From the IMG/VR virus record IMGVR_UViG_3300030329_005371, positions 38,631 through 102,630 of that record: a stretch of 64,000 nucleotides of DNA. One strand, given 5' to 3'. Position 1 is the first letter of the stretch. Every line of letters starts with the position of its first letter. Shown here in pieces: positions 37,398 to 48,300 of this stretch. The position numbers and the translations under genes were made by a program. Below the pieces are notes generated by a model that made no database searches, was not told the origin of the DNA, and saw only the letters and a program-made list of their open reading frames with translations. The stretch is from a virus.

Positions 37398-39364
37398 TGC
37401 TTAGAAGATATTCGGCTAGCGCCGATAATACAATTGTGAATGCTTACCAGCCTAATTTGGTAACACGCGGTACCGGTGCTAATGCTGGTCGAGCAGACAT
37501 CCTAGAGACATTTTCTATCTACGGAAGACAGGCTACCGGCTCGCAAGAATTGTCTCGTATTCTTCTTAAATTTCCGGTAGCCAAGATAAACACAGATCGT
37601 ACAGCTGGAAAGATTCCTGATAGTGGTTCTGTGAGTTTTTATTTGCGGATGTTTAATGCGCCTAGTTCAAAAACTGTACCGCGAGATTATAAACTTGTAA
37701 TTCAAGCGCTTTCTTCTTCATGGCAGGAAGGAGATGGGTTAGACTTAGAGGGCTATAAAGATACAACTTATGATAAATATGGCTCTAACTGGATTGTAGC
37801 AAACGATACTTTGGCCAATGCTAGCGCAACTTTTGGGGGACTAGCGGCTTTAGTTTCTGATAATGGAACCGAGCTTACTCTTATTGACTATAATGGCGAC
37901 ACAGTTACACTTACAACGGACAGCAGTCTAGCTCCTACTGCTGGGACTGCCACCAAAATAGGCACTAACGGAATTAGTTCCAATGCACAAGCAACCCAGG
38001 CTTTACATGTGACTTTTGCCGCGGCAATTGCTGCCGGCAATCTTTCGATGACACTGACACCCACTACTTGGACTAGTGAAACGTCTATTACTTTAACTTA
38101 TAAATACCCAGGCCCCGCCGGCAATAGGGCCATTGTTGTGCCGGCGAATGTTACAACTCAAGGAGGCGCTTCTGGAGTAGATGGATATTTTACCGGAGGT
38201 ACCGGCCGCTGGTATTCAGTTGGCGGTGATTATGTCACTAAACGCAGGCCCGTAACTCAACATTTTAGCGCCGGTACTGAAAATTTAGAGGTTAATGTAA
38301 CACAATTTGTAGAGGATTGGATCAAAGGCGCCACTAGTTCTGTTGGCGATGGATATGTTAATTATGGCTTAGGAATCAGATTTTCTTCTTCTTATGAGGC
38401 TTCGTCCTCCGCGCGCGCCGTCCGAAAAGATAGCAATGTAATTTTTAATCCCGCCGGCGCAGTAAAATCTTATTATACTAAACGATTTTTTGGTCGCGGT
38501 TCCCAATATTTTTTCTTTAAGCCTATCATAGAAGCTCGTTGGAATTCGGCCAAAACAGATGATCGCGGCAATTTCTTCTTCAGCAGCTCGCGCGCGCCAG
38601 CTTCAGAAAACTTAAATACTCTTTATTTTTATAATGTCGTTCGAGGAAGATTAACGAACCTCCCAGGCATCGGCTCTTCAGGTAAATTAGTAGTTAGTTT
38701 GTTTTCAGGCTCTAAAGACAACACCGGCCCATCCGGATCGGGAGTGGCGCGCAACCCGCTAACCTTGTGCGCATCAACATACTTCGCTACAGCAAGTTAT
38801 GTATCGACAGGAATTTATTCTTGTAACGTTTGTTTGCCCTCCTCTTCAGTTAAAACGGTTTATGATGTATGGTTTTCAGGAAGTGACGATATTGGTAACC
38901 CCAATAAAGCTAAGCAATATTTTACTGGCTCCTTCCGGCCGATGTCTATAGATGGTGGAGAGTCTACTGCTACATCGCTGTACTATCTTTCACTAACCAA
39001 CCTTCAGCCAAAATATTTACGAAATGATACGGCGCGCCTTAATTTATTTGTAAGAAAGAAAGGCTGGAAACCTACGATCTATACAGTGGCAAACACCAAG
39101 ATTGAGACAGAAACAATCATTAGTGCTTCTTATAGAGTGTATAGACTACTAGATGGCTACCCTGCTGTTCCGTATGGAACGGGGAGTGAAAATCACACAG
39201 GCTTATCTTATGATGTATCAGGAAATTATTTTGATTTAGACATGACGTTGTTAGAGCCGGGATATGCCTATGGCTTGAAGTTTGCTTTTTATGATGAGAG
39301 AAATCTGTCGTGGAATGAACAACACGAGGTGTTTAAGTTTAGAGTAGAAGACTATGAGTATTAA
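37397..39364 (+). CDS. Virion structural protein (baseplate-associated)
   Basis: ADNTI, SRILLKF, WQEG.G, SNW, GGDY, NYGL, P.IEARW pattern, resembling DNRLRE-like structural domains; Ser/Thr-rich; contains an insert module. Confidence 0.65.
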   Translation: MLRRYSASADNTIVNAYQPNLVTRGTGANAGRADILETFSIYGRQATGSQELSRILLKFPVAKINTDRTAGKIPDSGSVSFYLRMFNAPSSKTVPRDYKLVIQALSSSWQEGDGLDLEGYKDTTYDKYGSNWIVANDTLANASATFGGLAALVSDNGTELTLIDYNGDTVTLTTDSSLAPTAGTATKIGTNGISSNAQATQALHVTFAAAIAAGNLSMTLTPTTWTSETSITLTYKYPGPAGNRAIVVPANVTTQGGASGVDGYFTGGTGRWYSVGGDYVTKRRPVTQHFSAGTENLEVNVTQFVEDWIKGATSSVGDGYVNYGLGIRFSSSYEASSSARAVRKDSNVIFNPAGAVKSYYTKRFFGRGSQYFFFKPIIEARWNSAKTDDRGNFFFSSSRAPASENLNTLYFYNVVRGRLTNLPGIGSSGKLVVSLFSGSKDNTGPSGSGVARNPLTLCASTYFATASYVSTGIYSCNVCLPSSSVKTVYDVWFSGSDDIGNPNKAKQYFTGSFRPMSIDGGESTATSLYYLSLTNLQPKYLRNDTARLNLFVRKKGWKPTIYTVANTKIETETIISASYRVYRLLDGYPAVPYGTGSENHTGLSYDVSGNYFDLDMTLLEPGYAYGLKFAFYDERNLSWNEQHEVFKFRVEDYEY

Positions 39365-42300
39365 AAAATTATTCGATTCCGCTAATCCAAGCATTATTTT
39401 CGAAGATTATAAAAATGAAAAAGAGATGTTTGAGTTTGTTGAGTCTCGCGACAATGCACGCCAGATCAACATTAAGAATGAAACATTTGTACCACACCTA
39501 GATTACTCTCAGCCAGTAAATTTTATTCGTTATGGTTCTGCGTATTATTTTTATCAGGGCGCCCTTAAGAAAATATCAGATTACTATCCTTATGATGGAT
39601 CCTCGGCCGAAAAAGTAAAGTTCTACAATAGTCTTTTCGAGGGTGAAAAATACGTTTTTGATAAGAGGTACCCCACCACTACAGGATATGTTATTATGTC
39701 TGTGGATGGTTGGGGCTCACGTTCTGGAGCGCAGGTTAACGGCTACGGTATGCCTGCTACTCCTGAATATATCACCTTCAAGGGCGGCCCTCTTACAGCA
39801 TCGGGCACTTCAATGGTTTCACGCGGCCCCGATCCGGATACCAATAAAGTAAATTATTCTAATATCTATGACGAAAACATATATGAAACCGCAGGGTTGC
39901 CTGATGATTATGGAAAAGGCACTCGACTTTCTAATTTGCGCTCAAATTTCGATGACGGAGTGACAGCGGAATTTTGGCTTAAAAAGACGAGCTTCGATCT
40001 TACAAAAACTGGTAAGGAAGTTGTCGCAGATATATGGAACAATTATTCGTTATCTACAGGAAAATATGGTCGGATAACTTTAGAATTGACAGGAGGTTTT
40101 TCCGGCAATACACCTTTCATGTTTACGGTTCAGTCGGGTACCACCTCGGTAGCCCTTCAGCGTATGCGAATTGGAAACAATATAACGCCGGCCTCTCTTA
40201 AGAATTGGGGGCACTATGCGTTTACTTTCCAAAATTCAGGTAGTAGTTTTGTGGTTAAACTCTATGAGAATGGAGTACTCAATGACATTAACATTTATAA
40301 TGGCAATATAAGTGAATTAAATTCTAAAGGGATGATGGGGCGCCTAGGCGGATTGATGCGGCCTCCCTCCGGATCTGCTATCGGAGCCGGCGCCGGAAAA
40401 CTAAGCGCTTCGCTAGATGAGTTTAGATTTTGGAAAGTTGCCCGAAATTCTCAACAAATTAGTCGTAATTGGTTCGCGCCAGTTAATGGCGGCACAAATA
40501 CAGATATTTCTAACACTACTTTGGGCGTCTATTATAAATTTAATGAAGGAATTGTAGGAAGCAGTTCAATTGATAGTATGGTTTTGGACTATTCTGGCCG
40601 ATTAAGTAATGGTGTTTGGACGGGCTATTCTGCCACTAGTCGAAATACAGGTTCGGCCATTGTATCAGCTAGTGCTGCGCGCACTGAAGCCGCCGATCCT
40701 ATTATCAGAGTAGAGCATCCTAAATTCATAGCGCTTAGTTCTTCGTTGCTGGCCACAGGCTCTTATTATGATTTGAATAACAACTCCTCGTTTATGAGTT
40801 ACGTGCCTAGTTGGATTATTGAAGAACACGAAGCCTTGGGTAATCCTAATATAAAGATTATTTCTCATATCTTAGGCTCTTATTTTGACAAGCTATATTT
40901 CTTAATCAAAGAAGTTCCTAAGATAAGAGAGTCTGATTACATCACTTCTTCGGTCGCTCCAGTTCCCTTTGCCAGACATCTGCCTCAATCTTTAGGCTTG
41001 TACACTCCTAATACTTTTATTGATGCGGATATTGTTGAAAAACTATTAAATCGAGACGCAACAAGATTCTTCGAAGGAGATTTAGTAGAAGCAAAAAATG
41101 AAATTTACGTAAATTTATATAATAATTTGGCTGAGATCTTTAAATCTAAAGGCACTGGCCGAGCTATTAGAAATGTATTAAGATGTTTTAATCTTGATGA
41201 TTCCTTATTACAATTCCGTCAATATTCCACTGGAGAGACCTATAGTTTAGCTAATAATTTACGCCAAAAACAGTATCAAAAGACATTTCTTAACAATGAT
41301 CATCGCAATAATCTGGCCGGTGTTGTATATCAGTGTACAGCCTCTTCTAATAGCGATAGTCGTGGTTATATTTCCGGAAGTTATGAAAGTTCGATAGCTG
41401 GCGCAGAGAACCCCTATGGGGCTACAATAGAAGCAGATATTATGTTTCCTACATATAATTTGCTTTCTAATACATTTCGTCGCCAACACGATCTTAGTAA
41501 AATGTCTCTGTTTGGCATGTACACGGCCAATACGGGAAGTGCCCGGGCCCTCGCCGGCGCCAACACAGCGTTCGTTTCTAGTTCAGATTATAGTAACTTT
41601 CAGGTATACGCCCAGCGCCCAACACCCCGCAGCAAAGATGTACAATTTATATTAAGTTCTTCTCGCTCGCCGTATCCGATCCCCTTGTTGACGAGCAGCG
41701 TGTTCTTTAATGTTTATGATAATAATTTATGGAATTTGTCGGTACGCCTACGACCCCAGGGGTATCCAATGGCCGCAGTTGTTAGCGGATCTATTGGATA
41801 TGGATATGATGTGGTGTTTCGTGGGACTAACTATATTCTAGACACCGAGTTGGAAAGCTTTGAAGTTTCAAGCAGCATTAGTCACGAAGCTGGTACTCGC
41901 TTTCTTCAATCAGCAAAAAGGCTTTATGTTGGTGCGCACCGCGATAATTTAACTGGTACTATTTCTCAATCGTGCGATGTGACCTTCTCTAGTGTCAAAT
42001 ATTGGACTAAATATTTAGATAATTATTCTTTAAGACAACACTCCAGAAATAGTCACAATAGTGGTATTTCCGGCTCGTATCGTAATATTTCTCCTCTTGA
42101 CCCTAACAACAAGAATAAGGATTTATTAAATTTAAATACATTAGCTCTTGAGTGGAATTTTACGGCTTTGTCCAAGAGCACCACTCATGGTAAATTCTTC
42201 GTAGAAGATTACAGCTCCGGGTCTGCCACCATGAGAAATAATTATGGTTGGCTTGGAAAAGTAAGCGGCTATCAGCATACTGGCCGCGGCTTTAGTTATG

Positions 42301-45300
42301 CGACCTCTTCCACTGACATAGCTTCAATTAAATCTCTTAATGTGTATGAGTTTATAGACCCAGAACAGGTGGTTTCTGACGAGATGATTAGAATTGTCTC
42401 CGGAGATGAAGAAGTATTCGATCTTACTCACACAGTACCCGACTATCTTTTCACGTTAGAGAAAAGCATGTATGGCGCTGTTTCAGCAGAGATGTTAAAC
42501 TTTTTTGCGGGCGTTATTGATTTTAATAGTTTGATTGGCGATCCGGTCAATCGCTATCGTGAGCGTTATAAAGATTTAGAAAAATTACGAGAAATTTTCT
42601 TTCGTAGGGTTACGAAAGTCACCGATGTAGAAAAGTTTTTAAATTATTATAAATGGTTTGATGATGCCATATCTATGATTATTCAACAGCTTGTTCCGGG
42701 ATCTTCTCCATATGTGGAAAATATTTTAAATATGATCGAGCCGCATGTGCTAGAGAGGTCGAAATACCAAACTAAGTTCCCGACATTAGAATTTAAAGAA
42801 CCAGAAATAGAATTTGCCCCCTTTAAGGGAATTTGGGAGAAAACGTATAGCTGGAAATTTGGCCACAGCCCCCTTCCGTCCAGCCCTCGCGACACTGAAG
42901 AGAATATTCTTTATTGGAAAAACCGGGCGCAAAGATGGAAGACTGAACTGAAAAAAGCAACTAATGGTCCACCAGATGCTATTGTAAATGAACAGCGCGA
43001 AAAAGTAAGAAAAGCGGTTGTAACGAATCCTCACGTTAGCAGTTCTATTCCCAAAGTCCGCACCCGCGGAGGCATGTCATATCAAGCGCCAAGGTATCCT
43101 CGTAGAAATTTCCAAAAGCCATATAGATTGGGAATACAAACTCCAGGCTCTGCTTCGGTATTATATGGAGGTGTAAACTTTGAGGCGTCTAAGAATATCC
43201 ACTTTACATATAATGCTTTGACCCCTGCAGGCCCAGTAAATACTGATAGCGGTGTTTTTGTTCCAGAAAATGTTTTGATGTCATTCATGAGTTCATTGAC
43301 AAAGATACCTCCATCTAAAGATCCTAAGCCAGCCTGGGTCAAAACTAAAAGATATTCTAAAGTTTTACATGGTCGCGATTATGAATCAGGCCTGGGCTAT
43401 AAAAATGTAAAGTCGTCCATTGCGTTTCCTTTTAATTTGTATGATAGCAGTGATGTAGTTAAAGCAGGTTATCAGGCACAGATTCGAAAAGTATTAAGCG
43501 GTGGCATCACCATTACCAACCTTCATAATGATGTGTATGGTCCTTATATTCTTGAAAGGCCCATGCAGGGCCCGTTTACAGAATATGCGGTTGGAGGCCA
43601 TCAATCAAGGCACATAACTATCAATAAAGGTGCGGACACTTGGAAAACCAGACCCGAAGCTTGGAAGCTTCTTTTAGCATGTTGTACAGATTTGTCCCGC
43701 AGTATTGAAGATTCTGGCGCTATTGGTTTGGTGGGAGCTGACTACCCGTATCCCGGATCCAACGGCGGCGCCGAAGGTGATATTCGCCCATATCCCCAGA
43801 CGGCTAGCCAAAAGGCGGTCTATTATCGAGACTTTGTGTCGAAGCGTCCGGTTAATATACGCAACATTCACCATACCACTGGTTCGACAATCTTAGGAAA
43901 TTATAACAATAATTATGACTTCTTAAATACGGTGGGCGCCTATTCTAATCCTAGACAGTTTGTGGAAAAACAGCCTCAGCTGCCCAATATTATTTTTGAG
44001 AACTCCGGATCTAATTTTGGTCGACTTGGTTCAACTCGCACACTGGTCGACCGCGGCCCTACTAGCGTTCGTAATCTTTTGAATATTCGCCGAAGCGAGC
44101 CTTTTAAAAATGTACGCTATAGTCATTTTAACTTTTTATCTTCTTCTAAGCTTCCAGCAAGAATTAACGGCAGAGGATATCCCGGCGAATATTCTGTAGG
44201 CTATTTGACCGGATCCAAGAACAAATCAGTTATACGCGGCCGATTTGCTGCACCCGGAGGTATTGAAATTGCCACTCCCGGCTATAATGATTTTAGATCT
44301 GATTCTTATTCGGTATATAACAGTGTCAATAATAGAAATCTGATGGTAAAAAGACCATTTCAGGCTTTCCCGCAGAATAAGTCTTTTATATCAGCTGAAA
44401 TTACTGGCGCAGGTCCAGCTGGTATTTCTGTCTTCGACATTCATGGTAAGGACTATGGACTTTACGCTCACCTGACAAGACATTCGGCTAAGTTTGGACG
44501 GTCATCAGTATGGATAACGGGCTCTCATACCGGCAGCGTTGAGCCTTTTCCAGGAGCGCTCGCTACGGGCGGCAGTCTAACAACTCCTGGCACTATTGCT
44601 AATGGTACTCAAATCACCATTACGGTGCCTGTATCCGCCGGCGGCGCCGGAAAGGCTGTTACGATTGAATTTACGACATCGGACTCTACTGGTGCTGGAG
44701 CTGCTGGCGCCAATAAGATTGGCATAGGCACCCCTGCTATATTTACCACATATAGGAATGCAGAATATGCGCGCGCACTAAGAGATGCGATTAACGGCGC
44801 CGAAAATAGTCTTGTAACATATGCTACGAGCGGTGAAGGTATTAAGGGAATAGGAGTAAAGGGAGTGAGCGCCTCTCCTAAAGGAGATTTATATGGATTT
44901 ACTAATGTTGCGGTAAGGGCGTTGTATGCGGGTACTGCCGGAAATAGTATCACTATGGCAAATGTGGCGGGAACTAGCCTTGTAACAGTGGGAACATTTA
45001 CTAGTGGCCAGAATAAGAAAAAGGGCCTCCTCACATACGGCGGACCCGGTAAGACTTACAACCAGCTTCCAAGTTTCCACAAAGTCAATAGAAATAATTT
45101 AACAGTACTTAAGCAATCGCACGCCGCGGCCGGCTTGGCTCAATACTCACCTAGTTCGGTATATGATAATTGGTATATAACTCACCAAATTCCTCGCTCC
45201 ACATTACAATATGCTTGGATTACGGCTTCGTGCCAATATCGTCGCGACGGTGCCTACGGTATGGTTAGCTCTGATTTCTTAACTAAAGACAGTACTGGAA

Positions 45301-48300
45301 AGTGGATCGACTCTTTGGATTTCGTTTCTGCTAGCGAGTTCGTATCATATATTAACGCCGCGCCGAGAGCGTTTGGTTGGGACTACTCGGGTGTTTTCGC
45401 CAACCGTCAAGTACAGAGAACTGATTTCGTAGGCTTAAATTTAAATACACTGGAAACTTGTAATACTGGTTCGGGTATTTTAGGAAAAATGATTTTGTCT
45501 GCCCTTCCTGGAGGGGAGGGCGGATTTCTTAATCATCCGGATTTAGCCTTCAGGAGCCTTAATAGGCACCCAGGCCAAATTGCTACTATAAATACGGCCG
45601 GCACAGCTAGTGCTTTAAATGCTATTCTTCTTAATCGCCAAAGTGTTTATGGATGGCCTACATGGCGCCAAATGCGCTGGGCAGATCATAAACTTCTGAG
45701 AACCTATAAGAAACATAATGCTGTTTATATGGAATCGATTACCGGCGCCGTAGCATCGACTACCAAGTTTATTATGCCTCCCGTATCTATGCGCGGCCGA
45801 CCACTTTATGTTTCTTTAGAGGTAGACGAGAATACACAGGTCTGGAAAGCTGATTATAGTAACAATTATGTCTATTTTAATAGATACGAGACAGACGATC
45901 AGTTCCCAGATTTTGGGCGAGATTACACTTCCACAACAGTGGGTGAACAGATTATTGATAACGCAGTCACTGAAGCTTTTGACAGTATCGATCTTAATTG
46001 GATTTTGTATACTGAGAATATCTTCCCTTCTCAGAGAAATGAATTTTTAAATCATTCTCGTAATAAAAAGATGTTCGATAATAGATTCTGGCGCGACAGT
46101 CAAAATGCGCGAGTAACACTAGGTACCACCATATCAAGTAGTCAAGATATTGTGCCGCTTCTCACTCAAAGTTGTTTTGTTTTGGACGCGCCGCTCGATT
46201 TCTTAACTCGTCGGATGGTGCCCCTTGTCTCTTATTCGCTCGCCTCGGGCCAACTCAGAGGACGCGAAGGCACCATTTTGCGGAATCGAAAGAGTCTCAT
46301 AGATCAAGCCACAGCTGGTGAGCTGCAGAACACATATTCTACTTATTTCACTAGCAGCAATATAGGACGCTTACGAGTTAGCAACTATCAAAAAGCCAAT
46401 GTTTTAACTCCTGGTCTTTTATATGCGCGCAAGCATACCATTTCTACACCCACCTCGGTTGTGTGCCCTGCTGGAATAGATATTCCCCAGTCTGGATCGG
46501 GCAAGATGCTTCCATTTGCTAGTACTAAGCAGATTCAAATCTTCGCCGGCGAGGCTCAATGGCAAGCTGGCTCTCAAGCTGGGTATATGTGGTATGATCT
46601 AGATGCGCCGCATAGAAATTACTTACAATTTATTCCCAAGCCGTCAAAACCATGGTTTAACAATTATGAAGAATTCAATTATTTATTAAACAAAGTTAGT
46701 AAAGCCAAAGAATTTGCGATTGTTCCAGAATATCGCATGAGCGTCCACATAGAAGATTATTCCCGTGCCGGCTGGTCTATGACAGATATCCAGAATAAAA
46801 AATATGATATGTTGGAATTTCCCGAAACAAGAGGCTGCGCAGAAACTCAACAGGCTAGCGAAGATGGATCTTTTGCTCCAGCTTGTCAGAATAGCCAGGA
46901 GACTTATTTTTACGTAGATTATTCGAATTCTGAGTTTCTACAAAATTATGGAGATCTTAAATGGGCAAGCGGCCTTGAGGCTAAACAAATTAAGATTGAA
47001 TGTAGCGCTTCAATTAGGTTTAATCCGTACAAAGGATTTTATCCAGTACAGAGAACAATTCAGCTTGCGCATAAGCTAAGAGAAGAATTAGGCCTTCAGA
47101 CAAGCTGGGATGCGGCAGGGGCCCCATATTATAATGATCCGCCTTGGTACATTGATGGTCTTGATAATAATTTTTCTGGCTCACTTACAAAGCCGTTATT
47201 TCAGCCTATGTTTGCGCCTGGAATTATGTTCAACACCATTAAGTCTGGCCTCGCCGTAGATTTTCCGGTAGTTGAAGATCCGCGCTTTGTACAGCGTACT
47301 CCATTTGGAGATTCTGCCGCCTTAAAAGAGAACAATTACGCCATTACTATTGATCCTACTACCATGAGGCTTCTAGGTATGCGTAGAAATGCGCTGTTTG
47401 ATAGAAGAATTCCTTTCGAAGCGATGATTAACCCCGATCTTGGTTTTATGGGATCGACAGCGCTTTATGTTGATCTGGATTCTCACCCTTCTTGTTCGAT
47501 TGACTTAACTAGTTCTGGTACTGGAGATCCTCTCACTGGGCGCCTTATTGACGCAGAGTGTGCCGAGACTAGTTATGGCTGGATGGCTGATAATTTCTTT
47601 GGCGAGGTTATGAATACATATTTGGCAGATGGTCAGCCTACACAGCTCAAGTCAGATGGTTGGCCGCGCGCAGGCCAGACTATCGAAGTAGGTACGTATA
47701 TGATGAGAATTAAATTACGCCGCAGTATGGAAGGAATAAAAAGCTATTCTAACGAACGTGGCTCAAAAGTATATTTAAATCCAGTTGGCACCTATGGTGG
47801 TCGTGGTCGTGGCCGCGGGCCCGGTGGAACTCCCTTTAATTTCTCGTCTCTTTCTCCATACGTACAAAACGGAGGTCGCAGAATCTTTAGTGGCACCCAG
47901 GGCAGTGGGCGCCCAGCAAACGCTAAAGGAAAAATGGGCTTTTCTACTAGCTCTATAGGATATCCTATCCCGCAAGATCCTTTTTCCTCGGCAAGCTCCT
48001 ATAGAGAAACGTTTACGATGTATAGTCGGCCTACTGCTTTCGGTCCTCCTTTGGCCGGCATGGGCGAGCAAAGCAAAACATCTGTGTCGAGATATATGAA
48101 TAATACTATTGTAGATAGCTTTTCTGGCCATAACCCTGCTTATACGCCCCCTTATTATGATGGCGAGTCGTGGTGTGATGTCGTATTTAGAGTGCCTGAG
48201 TCTATGAGCGATCATAAATATACCATGACAGATATTATAAATAATTGTAAATATAAGTATTGGCGTATTGATCCTGGTTATGCTACAGCTAGTTACCGTG

